Shown: positions 13,400-27,479, counted from the stretch's first letter. The stretch: DNA of 64,000 nt from Octopus vulgaris (GCA_951406725.2 OX597815.1:93372001-93436000), one strand, 5' to 3'. The notes: generated by a model from the letters alone, not told the origin. Numbers and translations: made by a program.

Positions 13400-14400
13400 C
13401 CAACTCCTTCAAAATAGTCCTCTTGGAAATGTACACAACAATACCAATGTATCTTCCATGCGGTAAAGGAACTGTTAAAGTCCTTTCCCAAAAGGCTATC
13501 TAACAATACTGTTAGCAATTCTACTTGAATTTCATTAACAGTTTTGAATGTTCAGTATCATCATCATCACCAAATGTCCATTTCCTATGCTGGCATGAGT
13601 TGGACCTCTATTTTGGGAAACAGTTAAGTTACAAAGGAACAAGATGGGTGAATATGAAGTGTGTGGAATAACTCTCATTCTATGCTTGTCAAAAACTTCA
13701 TTGTCTTAAGGATCTGAACCAAGGAACACAGTCATAAGACAACAACTTTTGTTATTTATGAAGTGCCTCAAACATCACAGTAAAAACCAGAATTCATTCT
13801 ACTGCTAGGTGGAATACTAATGAACAATGCTCTGAACATAAGCAGAGAAACAATGATGAGCCTGAATCTTGTCACAACCTGAATCTGTCATGTTTTCTAG
13901 GGTCTGAGTGACTGCAGCCTCTTCTACAACAATGACTGTTGTTTTATGTCTGGATCATAGCTATAAACACAACTTGAATTACTTGTGATGAGTTTAAAGA
14001 TAAAAGTTGTTACCCTTCTCACAAACCTCAAGGGTTCTCAGGCTTTGAGAGAACCACTTGACAGACTCTACAGCTGATTCCAGTCATGAGAGGAAACTGA
14101 TAGTTGGTTCAGCAATGGTCCTCATGGATGAGTTCACAAATTTTAACCATATTTTCTGGTGACTTGTTGATTTGAATGCTCATCATCTTGAACTGACAAA
14201 GACCATCCTTGTAACACATATGCTTCTCAAAGACCTGTGTTTAATATATAGAATGTTTGCCAGAAGTCTGCTGAAGCCTTCTGAAGATTTCAGTAACCAA
14301 ACTGCCAAAATTCAGATAAAGCTTGATGCAAGCACATTGCCCAAATTTACTGGTCGAGGTAGATGCCAAGAAGTCACTCTAATAAATTACAAAACTTTCT
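13400..14400 (-). mobile_element. Decayed mariner (Tc1/mariner) transposase pseudogene
   Basis: Minus-strand remnants appear in the right order: CIK..LG...TE..(HTH), ELIHED, ..VYSYDPD.KQQS, N..FYCDV, an YSP-like motif near 13650, and the C-terminus DF.SSF.AWK.HW..C...QEDYFEG (ORF 13195..13518). Interrupted by a (GAT)n tail near 13560. Confidence 0.75.
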
Positions 14401-14774
14401 ATAGTAACTGAACAAGAGTAGATCACAGGAATTTTTTTTAAATAATGACTTAGTAGGCAGACTACTAATGACTATCAGTAGCACATGTCTTTATGGAGAA
14501 CAATATAATCACAGTATAAGCAAACCAGAAACTTTCAATAATAACTCTCTCTCTACCTGCCTGCGTGCATGTGTGTTATGATCCTCATACTAAACAAATT
14601 TTGGAAAAATTGAGACAAATTTCTTTTTTTCCAATCTTGACTTGACAGCAGATGCACTTTTAAAGCTTGCATCTGTAAAGTTGAAGGGTCGCTTTTAACT
14701 TCTTTTCTTTTTTTTTCCTTCTGTTTAGGAAGCAGGATCTTTCAGAATGTATTTTAAACAGCAAATCTGATTAA

Positions 14775-14994
14775 CCCTTTCATTACCAACCCAGCTGAAA
14801 CTGGCTCTGTCTCTGAGTACAAATGTCTTATTTTCAATCGTCCTGAATTAAAATCTTCCACCAAACCTTAGTCACAATTTATGTTCCTAACACTAGTTGA
14901 ATGATAACTAAGTTATTTTACTAAATTCTTTGTTTTATTTAAAGTAATTGAGAGAAACACAGAGCTTCTCAAAATAAATACAGTAATGAAAGGG
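14775..14994. mobile_element. piggyBac-type MITE (220 bp)
   Basis: TTAA on both sides (14771-14774, 14995-14998) and a perfect 12-bp TIR CCCTTTCATTAC/GTAATGAAAGGG identical to one end of the 9920 element. Confidence 0.9.
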
Positions 14995-15125
14995 TTAAAC
15001 ATTTCTATGAAAAATCAGTGCATATATATGAAAGAGCTTTTTCTGAGGTATTAGCCCATAATTCGTGTTAAAACCAGTAATTGACAAAATTTATCACCTA
15101 TATACATATATGCATGTATACTTAC

Positions 15126-15254
15126 ATCATGAATAACATCTAGGACATGTCCTGCTGCTTCTGAATAATCAGCCTTGGCTGTAATAGAATTGTTACTACT
15201 TGAAGTAACTGGCGTTTGAAGTGTATCCAATAATGCCTTCCCATCAGCACATAC
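15126..15254 (-). CDS. trio: Trio/Kalirin exon, spectrin repeat
   Basis: ctgtag|129 nt|gtaagt. VCADGKALLDTLQTPVTSSSNNSITAKADYSEAAGHVLDVIHD. Confidence 0.94.
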
Positions 15255-15857
15255 CTACAGGATATAAAGGTAAACAGTTAAATAACAGTACTGATATCAA
15301 TATTAATAATTTGTAAATGTAAATAGCATACATGTTCAGTAAACAATGGCATAATTTTTGTGAGATTCTGGTAATGGATAACATTAATCCATGAGCTAAT
15401 GCAATCTTTTCTTCATTGTTTAAATATTTCTAATTGTGTTCCCTGTATGACTAAACCACTTGTTAGAAATAAAGTCACAGAAGGGCTACTACCTTTCCCC
15501 AATTTGCCACTTTGGGCTTGACTTTAGGTAGTGAGTTAATCTGAGATTGCAATCATTACACTATGAATCTAAGCAAAAGACTGACTTTGTAGAACCAAAA
15601 CTGGAAATAAAATGTTACTCAGGATTTTCCCATGATTAAAGCATAAGTTTAGCAATATATTCAGCCTACAGTATTGGTGTTTCTCAGCCTTATACTCTTT
15701 TAGATCATTACTTATCAAAACATAATTTTAATATATCAGAGGAGGGTATTTAGGTTAGGCAAATTAGGATGAACAAATTAGCTAACCTTCTTTAAAGGCT
15801 AACATTATTCTACTTTAAATAAAAACTGGAAAAAAACTGATGGATGTCAGTACTTAC

Positions 15858-15989
15858 CTCAGCATAGGCTTGGCTGATGGTTTCAATTAATGTCTGGTGT
15901 TGTTGTAAGGCTTCCTCTAGGTCTTTAATGGATGATGGAATCTGAGGACTCTCACAGGCTAGCCTCCACTCATGGACTTGAGCAAGATA
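15858..15989 (-). CDS. trio: Trio/Kalirin exon, spectrin repeat
   Basis: attcag|132 nt|gtaagt. YLAQVHEWRLACESPQIPSSIKDLEEALQQHQTLIETISQAYAE. Confidence 0.94.
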
Positions 15990-17546
15990 CTGAATTGCAT
16001 GAATATATATTGAAAGTAAAGTTTGTATAAAAGGAAGAAATAATCAATCATTATAACTTATTTGAATAAGCAGTATGGATAACTCAGTCACCCATGGGGG
16101 TTTAGTAAGTGTGAATAATGTCAAGTAAGATATGAAATCTTTAAAAAAACATTTCTATAAACGTAAGAGAAGTATTTTCTAACATTTTGAGGATAGCAAC
16201 ATTTTTGTTTCATTATGAGACAGTAAAAAAAAAAAAACCCCCAGTCTTAAGTAAATCCTTGTATAGCAGTAAGAGTAAACTGGCACGGTCAAAATATATA
16301 ATCTAAGTTTAATTTTAATCTCCAATCGAAGGCAAAAATATTCTGACTACGGTCACGTTCCAAAATCAGAATGCAAATCGCGAGAGCAAGGAAATGTATT
16401 ATGCAAGGGAGGTAACAACGATATAAAAAAAATTAGTTCAGAAAGAATCATTCCCCTTGTCAAAAATAAATAAATTGGCTCTCAATATATGTGTAAAGTA
16501 TTTATGGATTGCAATAAATTATAGAATGAGAATTAATCTGATTAAGCGCATTATTTTCGGTATATGTTGTTTGACAAAATAATATCTGGGAACTTCAGAA
16601 TAAATAATGTAAAAAAATTTTCTGAAGATTTGATGTTGCTTTCCAGATCAGATCAACCCTAACTGAACAAACCTATAAAGAATGAAATTCCAACTGTAAG
16701 CTTATTATCAGGTCATTTTTTATATTTTTTTGTTTATTTTAATTTAGATTGCATGGTGTAGTTTGATGATTTGGCCAAGTAACTCTGTAGAGGGTCCTCC
16801 ACAGACTCGATACACATCACTTTGGTGTTAGCCCTTGATAAAGGAGACAGATGTGATTACATAGAGTTGGGAAATGGCGAATGAGTTTAAAGAAGAGCAA
16901 CTTCAAGGCAGAAGTAGGGTGGATTTTCCACTCAAATAAGTACTTAAAGTATCCCCATATACAAAGTAACATCAACAAATAACTCTTGCTGAGTTATCAA
17001 TTCCCAATACATTGACAAAATCCACTATAATTATTTAATATCAAGTAACCAGTTATATTTATCATCAACGTAAAACCTCAACACTGTGTGCATCAACTAT
17101 TTTACATTACCAGGTTTAGTTATATTCATCATCACTATAAAATCTATCAAACAGTAGTTCACAGAACAAACATATTCCAATTTGTTCAAAAACAGATTTC
17201 TTTAAAAATTTCCTGACAAGCCACTTTTATTTAGGTGTGTTTATCCTATCACTTTCTCTTTAGCTGAAAAGGTAAAAAGGAAAAAAAAAAAACTCTGATT
17301 ATAAACATTGGTCAGGTAGGTGATGCTGTGACTCTGGATTAAGACAGCTAGCTGAAAACTATCTAGTGTTAGTCATAACCAATGGAACCATTACCTTTTC
17401 AGCATAAAATCATAGGCATCAGAAAAACAGTGAGGTTTCTAATGAAGTTTCTTTATCCCTTAGTTCTCAAAGGAATATTTTCCCCGCTAAACCCCAGTAA
17501 GTTAAAGTAAAAGGTTAAACAAAATAGAAAAGTTCAATTTGCTAAC

Positions 17547-17738
17547 CTGTTCTGCACGTTTATGAAAAATCACAGACATACTAAGGACAGTGCTACGATC
17601 ATCAACAGCTGCTGCTAAAGTCTTCCAATCCCTCTCCAGTTTGCTGGCCTGTTGGCGGATTTCATTGGCACCATAATGACCAGTATCACACAGCCGCTGA
17701 GCAACACTTAAGATGCGGTTAATATTCATGTACATGTC
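17547..17738 (-). CDS. trio: Trio/Kalirin exon, spectrin repeat
   Basis: ttaaag|192 nt|gttagc. DMYMNINRILSVAQRLCDTGHYGANEIRQQASKLERDWKTLAAAVDDRSTVLSMSVIFHKRAEQ. Confidence 0.95.
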
Positions 17739-20700
17739 CTTTAAAAAAGAAAAATGAGACTAATATTAACATGTAAACAAAAAGTTTTACAAATATATAA
17801 AAAGCTTATTTAAAATTAAGTAATAAGCTAATAACTGAACATATATGAAAGCCAGATTAATTAAGATTAATCCATTTTAACAAGAACCAATATAAACTTT
17901 TAAATAAAGAGTTACAATAGTTATAAACTGATAGTTCTAATTATATACTTGAACAATGATAGAATCCCCATGAAATAACTCTACACAAATTTTGAAAATA
18001 AAGGTATAAAAAAAAATGAAAATAATATTTTACAAAATGTAATCTAAATTTTAAATATTAAATAATTTAAGGATAAATGCATAATCAACTTGTCAATTAA
18101 ATACTTTTTTTAACAACTTCTCTATTATAACATTTTCAAATGCTTTATGGTGGCAAAATAAATTTAGCTAACCACTTAATTTTTATAGATTTCAGCTTTT
18201 TAAATTCTAAAATTTTAAATTAAACTTCAATTTTTTTAGAAGATTTAGAGGGAAAAATGTTATTTTCTCAATTAATAAACAAGCATAATGCTTGTGGTTG
18301 TTATCTAACCTGCATGCCATCCTTGATCAGACTTATGAACAAAGGTTTGCAAGCTTTAACAATCCTATCTTTCATTTTCAGATATAGTCTATATAAGACT
18401 CCATTATCTAATGTTTCCTTCCGTTTCTAAGATAGATTTGGCTGGTATTTCCAGGCAGTCAAATCACTATGAAGAGATTCCCTCAAGGTAAGTGGGATTG
18501 TTGTGATGCTTATGCCATTCCCAAGAGGATGTAGATGAAACGTTGGAAAACTTCAAATTAGAAATTGAGGCCATTAAGAATTTACTATCACACTACAACA
18601 CCCAAACTTAATTGATTCAAATACAAAAATATTTCCTGCTGAACAAAAATTACTGAATACAACCAATTTTGAATATGAGAATTATTCAGATTAATCTAAC
18701 ATTTCAAATCAAAACTGTAGTATTTGTATAACAAGATAAAATATTTACAGTTATAATAGCAATAAATTGATAGTTGAGAATGTACTAATATTGAACTTTT
18801 TCATAGATTAAGAGAACTAAATGACAGTATGACAGAATTACTGATGTGAAAAAATATTTTGAATTTGTGGTTTTTTAAAATCTAATCAATCTAATCAGAA
18901 AGTGTCTCAGATAAACAAAATAAAAGTCTATTAGATACTAAGAATATTTTACTAATGATGTTGAAAACTGATTATTAGAGAAATGAAGATATTTGCCAAC
19001 AATACAATAATTCAAAACAGAATTAATGTTTGTGTATGTATTTCTATGTGTATGTGTGCCAACATTAAATTGAGATGAGAGGTGAAATGGCAAGACAAAC
19101 TCAACTTTTTACAAAATTTTCAGAATTAACATATATGTACAAACACAAATGAACTGAGACTGAATTGCTTACTATTAAGGACAATTATATAACAGCCCAT
19201 CAGAATAAAAAAATATATATATATATATGGATTTTGTTTGAAATATGTTTCACAGAGATGTTAGTTTCACATTTTATGTTCAAAATATATATAACAAAAT
19301 TAATTCTAAATTTGTAATGTATTTCCAATATCAATCCATGTTCACTTCAGCAACTGTATTACACAGTACTTGTTTAGGTAGAGATTGCAACACTACACTT
19401 AAAATAATATTTCATAGTTAGAGATTTCTGGAGATTTCATCAAAGCCTATGAATTTGTAATATTTTCTAAATGGGACCTGCCTCCTAGATGGCATCTCTG
19501 TTAGCCAGCTATTATGATTAGTGTCTCTATAAATTACATGGTCCCCAAAAAATTATTATTTCACACCAAATTCACCAGATTGAATAATAAAGCTCTGGTT
19601 ATTATTAATTTCAATATCAAAAGTAATGGAGCATTCAAATATTTGAAAATATTGCAAATAATAATAACAATAATATACACCAAAATATGTTTAACATTAT
19701 CCTACCTTTTCCTAAGGAAATAACAGAAAATGGAGGAATTTTGGAAGATCACATTTGAGTCATAGCAATATATCTTTTGATGTAATTTTTAAAAATTAAA
19801 ATTTTAAACTATTTTCATTTTAGAATATTCCAAATATGTAAATTAGGGGTTTTCCTTTTATCCTGTTGAGTTCTGTTTAAACAATTCCTTCTTATAATAA
19901 CAATAACAACAATTTGTATTAGGGACCAAACAGTACTTAAATCTGATGGGCTTACTCATGATGATGAATTCAAGACAAGCTTATGCAAACTTGATATTCT
20001 AATAAGTAATTAATTGTTACCATGCAGAAAAAAAGTCAGTTAGAAGCAATGCAGCAGTAATAGTAGCAGCAGCAGCATCAACAGCAGCAATAAAGGGAGT
20101 GGCATTCAGAGACCAATATTAAATTTGGCATATGTTTAATAAAAGGGTAAAAAAAAAAAAAGATGGAAGAGAGGTAATGGGTGTGAGGTTATGCAGATGG
20201 AAGATAACAAGAGAAATAGTCTAACAGCCACTCACATCTTCAAAAATAATCTACTAACAATCAGAATTTTAAATTCTTCAGGGACATGCAAAAAAGAGAT
20301 TGGATGGAGTTACAGGTTATGGCAAAATTGCTTAAAATCCTATAAACTTATATATAACTAATTAGATTAGATACATTTGCCCTGTTCATATGGGTCATTA
20401 ACAGACTGATTGCTGATGACCCTATACAAGTTTTTTTGTTTAAAAAAAGAACTTAAGAAATTTTACATGAAGTACAACTGAGAGTAGGGAAAATATTGTA
20501 AACAATGAAAAAATGGATTGCTTGAGCCAGTGGGGGAAACTTCTATGATGTTACTGACTAGTTGGAAATAGCAGGAAAATTGCCCTCATTCTATACCATC
20601 AAGAAACTCATACCATATCATCTTAGGGAAGGAAAGAACTTATTTGGATATGCAGTCCTATATAGCCCTAAAAAAGATGGGGTCATGGTTGTAATGTGTT

Positions 20701-23700
20701 GATAAGTCATCTCAGTCAACTGGGGCTAAATAGCAACAACTAATGGATCCATTTGTTTTAAATAATCTAGTGAAATTTTCTTTTAATACAATTAGTAACC
20801 ACTTAAATAATTTTATTGATGCTTACTTATAATGCACTAAACATATTTAACTAGCAAATGTTTAACTAGAATTAAATGGTCAAATCCTTTGTGACATAAT
20901 ATCAAACAAGTATAACTAGTCTTTCAGTGAAATATTTTACACCTTCATTTGAATAATCTATGAAACTTACTACTTTTGATTTGAGTAATGTGTACAATTA
21001 AACTGGTGCATCACAGTCTATTATTGGACTTGTGGTATGACTATGGAAAAATGTTAAGTAACTTCTGAAGTAATTTTGGATATTTCCTTATCTTCATTGA
21101 GAAGCACAAAAATTCAAGCAAAACACCAACCAGTTTTAAACAAATGCTGATTTTGATGTCTACAGAGTTACATAGATTAGAATGTCTAAATATTTGTTTT
21201 TAATTAGACACAAGGTTTCGTTTTTAAAAAAGAACGAAGTATTTAGTTGATTGACCAGAACACATTGAATAAATGATACACATACTTTATTCTGCTCAAT
21301 CCAGCAGAAATTAAATACAAGGTTAAAATTTGTAAAATTTAAGCTCATAAATTAGAAGCTAATAACTCAGTACTATACAGTATCCCATCCATAACAATCC
21401 CATTCTCTAAAGACACAAAGACTATCTTTCTCAGGTTACAGCCACCATCAAAGGTTTTGATTACATCCGAGATATGGGTTGCACAGCAAAACTGAAGCAG
21501 TGTCTCTTCACTATGACACTGCATATTGGATTGCTCCCTCAAATGATTATATTTGTAACACCATAGCAGTGCTCAAGCAGAGTTGAGAAGGGCTACACAA
21601 CAAGTCCGAACTTCATCACCTTTCCCCAAAAGAATGTTGTACAGGAAGAAGTGCAAGGTCCAAATCTCACAAAGGCTGACATTATCTTTTATGCTCTTAA
21701 TGTTAATAAAATACCAGTCTTGTCTTGTCTTGAGTATCAGTATAATCAACTGTGCACACCTTAAAATTTCTAATATTCCAGTAATGGAAAGCCTGGTAAT
21801 CTAAAAACTAACAATAATAATAGATGCCTACATCAACATGACTGACAAAACAAGTTTATTATGAGGATGTAAAGGACAATAGTATAAAACAAGTCATTGG
21901 TATTTGACTGCAGTAAGACCATAGTAGATAGTGACAAGATCTTTATGGAGTATCAAGTTGTATTTAATGTAACTAGTCACAAGATGTTGTTTAGCCTCAG
22001 GTCAGTAGATCTACAATAAAAAGTGGTCTTGCATGACCATCTCAGCTTTTACACAGACACTGCATATAGACTGTGCCCCCTCTCTCTTCAAGAAACTAAG
22101 ATGTAATTTGAGGAAGATTTGGTTGTTGTTTCTAGTTGGCTGAGCAGCCACATAAAGATTCCTTTGTTGGCTCAAGTTCCAATATTTATCTCATGTACAT
22201 AATAGAGTGGCAGATGTATAGAAAGACAAGATCTAGTTAATGAGCATTATATATGCATAAATATATGAATGTCAGATGTATTCATCAAATACAATGGTAA
22301 GATGCATATAGTGTAGCATGAGGACTGTGTATGTGTTAATGGATAGTAAATAACTGTCTGAAAGTGTTTATGAGAAAGAACAGGATTTTCAAAGAAATGA
22401 ACAATAAAAAAAAATGTAATCATTTAGATAATAGCATAGATAATAGACTAATGACTAACAGAAAGAACATTCTTTTTTTTTTAGGTGAACACACTATTGT
22501 CATGCTAGATAGTGATCAGATATACAAAAACAAAAATACAGTACTATTATCAATTTCTTCTTTACCAACAAATTGTGGCAGAGCACTATATAGGATATAT
22601 TTCCTCCAGTAAATATATTTATGAGAAGAGGTTTTGTATATAGTAAATAATATTCAAATTTGATGTCAATAGAGGAGTTGTGCTTTATAAATGAAGAAAA
22701 TATATAGTTAATATATGCAGTATGGAGTTCCTCTACACCATAATCTGTAGTATTCTGCCACAAATATTTCTGAAGTCAACAAAAAGGCTACTGGATAATT
22801 CTAGGGGACTAAAAGTGACTACAATAAAACTAGCTATGAACTTCTCTAACAACACTTGGTTACTTGCAGTGGTATATAATACTGAGTCTCAGTGACACAC
22901 TGTGGATAGAACCATAAACAAAAGGAAAGACAGACAGAAGAGGAAAAAAACCTAAGTGACATATGACTGGTGATTTACTACCAAACACTATTTGTATTTA
23001 AAGATTGTCAGCCTATTTGCCAGGAGTTATTTAATGAAGAGAAGAAAGTATGAAGATGTCAGGATTATTTAGCAATGCAATTCACTTCAAATTACAGCAT
23101 TAGAGGCTTCTGCAAACCAACATGCTTGATGTTAAATACAAACCGAATTATTTGGTTTGATTTTAAAATTTTATTTTATAAGAGGATAAGTAAATCAGAA
23201 TTGTAGATAGCTACAGACTGACATAAATATCCCATGAGATATATAGTGGAAATTTTGGACTATTTGGAATCCACAAGCAAAAACATTTTAGGTTTTCTCC
23301 TTTTTTTTTTTTCTTTTGTTACTAAGGTGTCTAACAAACAAATTCAGCATAAAACAAGATATGTCCCAGAATTAACTTTCCAATCTGAATAAAAGGAAAG
23401 TGAGAGAAGGAGCAATATCTCTGAAGGAATTTTTTAAATCTTTAGCAAAAAGGCTCCAATCAAGTCATTCAATAAAACTCTGAGCCCTTAAAAGCTGTGT
23501 AGGTTTCTCAGCCAAGCAGACTGGTGTTGCAAATATCCAGGTCTTACCTGAAGGCACCACTTCACGATTAATGAAAAAGAAAATTCCAAATATCAACAAA
23601 AAAACAAAACACAACAAAAACACTGGAAGCTTCACAAGAATGTAGCAAACTCAACCTCAACAATTCAATACTAGGACTACAAGCAAATATTGTGTGCATA

Positions 23701-24959
23701 AACAAATCAAAATATTAAATATGCTTTACAAATGCTTCAATACTTAAACCATGTGCATGTATGTTGCAAAGGATGTACACTAGCATCTGAATTGAGTAAA
23801 TCTACTGTATTAATGTTCATTATGAATTTCTAAGACAGGATGTTTTTAATTAAATAAAAAAAAAACAATAAAATCAAGAGAAATACTATAGGAATAATTG
23901 CTGGAATAAGGGGAACAGTACATTGTATTGCCATGATGGATTATGTTAAATTTTTATTTCCAAAGTTACTAAAAGTACAATGATAATTCACTGTGTGTGC
24001 ACGCATGCGCACATGCATGTGTGCATGTATGCACATGCATGTGTGCGTGTGTTTTGTGTGTGTGTGTGTCAGTGTAACTGTATGCGTGTGACCACGCACA
24101 AGTTTATGACAATGAAAGCAAGTTATATTTAATATTAATAACTTAGTAAAGCATACAATAACAAAGCTAACAATGTTCTTAAGAATTTCAGAAAATTGCC
24201 ACAAGGAAAATATAAAAATAATATTAAAGATTGCAAATTATAACTCGGAAAACCTGCCAAAGAGTTGAAACAATTGAGATAAAATTGTGCAATATGAATT
24301 TAGTTACGAATTACTGCTGAAGCTTAACATCACATCCCAGAAAATAAAAAAGAATTTTTTAAAAATTATATAAATATAAAACTTAATGTGTATAAAGACA
24401 GACAAAGGATGGGGAAAATGAAAATATAAGCAGTGATACGATCTTTAAACAAATATTTTTAAAAGCTATTCAATTAAAGACATGTAAAATAATAAACTAT
24501 TTACATTAGTTTCAGCATATACATAACAAACTAATATCTTACTCTGTAAAATCTTTTTAAAGAAAAAAATTAGCACATTTAAATGTTCTAAGGTTTGAAT
24601 TAATGATGCTTAAGTACTCTGACTAAAAGGATGTGCATTTGTGTGAATATATGTATATTTTATATTTTTATTTGCTGAGGTTGGCTTTCTGAGACAGGTG
24701 AGTATGATGCCATTAATGTGGCAGGTCAACACCTGCAGGAAAGTCAAAAGAGGGTGAAGATTTCAGATGGACTGGGTATAAGGGTTAGTAAGAGACTGAG
24801 AAGATTAGACACAAGAGAGATGAGAGGTGGAGATACGAGTGGGCTGGAGGCAACTGAGTGGTGGAAGCACGAGACCAGCCTGCTCCAAGGAACAGAGGTT
24901 GTTGCAAAAAATGATAGAAAGTACAGAAAGGAGACACCCACATCCCAACCTGTATAACA

Positions 24960-26610
24960 TGTGCTAAATGCAGAAATACCTTCAGTTGCTTCAAAGCAAC
25001 AAGGCCACCATCTTTGATAATGTCCCTTCCACTTGACTCAAACAGCATGCCCCAGAACTTGTTCCTTTACTCATCAATTTTTTGGGGCCAGGACTGCTGA
25101 GGACATGCGTAAGCATGCAAGGAATGAAGCTAGTATGCTTCGCTGGATGTCAGTGTGCATACACGACAGAGTGTAAGTGCCCTGAGAAAAAAGTTGGACA
25201 TAAGAAGCATCAGATGTGGTGTGCAAGAGAGATGCCAGTGCCACCTTACTGGTCCCGTGCCGGTGGCACATGAAAAGCAACATTCGAGCATGTTCATTGT
25301 CAGTGCCGCCTGATTGGTTCCCATGCTAGTGGCACGTAAAAAGCACCATTCAAGCGTGGTCACTGCCAGTGCCTCCTGACTGGCTCCCATGCCAGTGGCA
25401 CGTCAAAAGCACCCACTATACTCTCGGAGTGGTTGGCATTAGGAAGGGCATCCAGCTGTAGAAACATTACCAGATTGGATTGGATTCTGGTGCAGCCTTC
25501 TGGCTTGCCAGTCCACAGTCAAACCATCCAACCTTTAACAGCATGGAAAGTGGATGTTAAACAATGATGATGATGATGATGTGGGGATGTATTCTAACTT
25601 TTGGAAGTGTACTTTGGCGTGTTCAATTACAAATAAAAGTAATCACTCTGACCCAACCAACTATCTTCCTATTGCTTTCACTTCTGAAATCTTTACGGTA
25701 ATAGTAATAGAGACAGCCATTAACAATGGCATATGCAACACCTTGACTTTCTCTCTCTCTCTCTCTCTTCTCAATAACCACCAGTACTACTTCCATGGAG
25801 CCAGATCCATCTTTTGTCTTATATCACACATTAATGTGCTTCTGGTTTAGAGAAGTTTGATAAAAGTAGTGTCATTGCTTTAGACATTGGTAAAGTTTTC
25901 TTGTATGCCAGACATGCAAACTTTTGCATGTCTGCTATGCACTGTTGTGGCATCTGTTGACTATAAATTTATTTTGCCTCATTTTCATTCAACTTTAGTG
26001 TTACTCTGGGTTTTCTGTTGTCTCCTCCTATACATCAATGACCTAATAGCTGCCACCTCAACACCCACTCTTATGCAGAAGACATGACTTGTCATTCCTT
26101 GCAAACTTTCCCCAACTATGCATCTTAATGCCACACACCAAAGATGCATTCATTTCAGGAAAGGAAAACTGTGAGAATTCTTCAGTGAGGTCTCTGCATT
26201 AAAAAAAATAAAAGTTCAAGCTCCACTCATAGGAGCAAAACACCACTGTGCCATATTCCTAAACATAAACAGCACTAAAGTAAAGCCATCACTGTTGCTG
26301 CAATGGCTGGACCTTACTATTACCAAGGGTCCTTCCTGACAAAAGCATGTGTTTAGCATAGTTAGAATCTCAACCCTAAAACTGGTCATTCTTTTCAGAG
26401 CCAGAAAATATTTCAGTCTGCAACAGCTACTGACACCCTACAAGGCTCAAGTGAGGCCCATGATGGAGTACTGTTCCCACAACTAGGACAGTGTTGTTGC
26501 TACATGCACTGACATACTGGACAGCATCCAAAGAAAAGTCACTCGACTGATTGGCATTCAATCATTGATGGACGCACCCCACCCTTTGGTTTAAAAGCAA
26601 GTAGTTTCAA
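24960..26610 (+). mobile_element. Old CR1/L2/Jockey-group LINE RT remnant interrupted by an RTE insertion
   Basis: Remnant motifs: KA....N.P...LKQHAPELVPLL (25000-25080), then FWK....SDPTNYLPIAFTS, LLYINDL, YKAQVRPMMEYCSH, LDSIQRK. Many stops. Confidence 0.7.
25090..25580 (+). mobile_element. RTE LINE 3' fragment with tandem-repeat 3' UTR and (GAT)n tail
   Basis: TAEDMRKHARNEASMLRW segment shared with the 49864 ORF, followed by ~55-bp GGCACGTAAAAAGCACC... repeats and gcatggaaagtggatgttaaacaatgatgatg. Confidence 0.85.
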
Positions 26611-27479
26611 GAGTTCAGAGAGAGAGAGAGAGAGGGAGCAGATGTATTTGAGAGAATGAGGGGAAAGAGACTCTGAGCCAGAGTAACAGGAAGTTGTTAT
26701 TGCAGAAATTCAGGTGATGCCACCTTTTGGAGCAAACTTCAAATAGACAGTGTATCCTGGACAGCAGGGATAGAGTGTAGACAGAGGTGGAATTTGTGTT
26801 TCAGAGAGAAATGGGATACATGGTTTGCATGTAAGTGGTGAAGTGTGGGAGCTATACTATTAAAAGTCCTTAGATTTTGAGAAGAAGTGGTAATTGGCAG
26901 GGGCAAATATATTTTTTTGCACATCATAGTATAGGGGTTTGTCATAGATAGCCCAAAACTGGAGGCCTGGTCTGAATGCATGCAAGGGCCAGATGGTGGT
27001 GTTGAAGCAGGATACACAGGGAGGGGACCTTCTATGTTATATAAGTGGGGACCAGCATTAAGAAGAACAATAGAAAAAAAAGAAAAAATATCAGCAGCTG
27101 AGACCATAGTAGTAGCAATGATGGCAGAAGTAGAAGTAGTAGCAGCAGCAGCCTGAACAGAGAAGTAGTAGGAATAGTAGTAACAGCAGTAGCAGTAAAC
27201 GTAGTAGTAGCTGAAGCAACAATGGTAGAAAAAGGACTGAGAGATGTGGTCAGTGTAGATAGAGGGCAACACTGAATGGATTTTTATTGCAGCTGTTGTT
27301 ATTGTTATTAATCAGCTGAGAGTCCAAAAGTCAAGAAGAAAAACAAGAGCACTTGTATATATTCGTAAATAGTGTGTATATTAATATTTACACAATATAA
27401 TATTAGAGCTCCATTTCAGCTAGATTTACCCTAAATCCGTAAAAGAGGAGAGGTTAAAGAAAAAAAGCCTAACTTGCTC

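Noticed and set aside
23548-23622. 75-nt version of the candidate exon using the upstream CAG
   Set aside because: In-frame TGA at codon 10 and it consists of the U-rich tract itself. Only the 12-nt form keeps the frame.
26739-27272. 177-aa minus-strand ORF
   Set aside because: Largely a low-complexity (AGC/AGT)n tract, with no recognisable domain and no fit to the trio protein.
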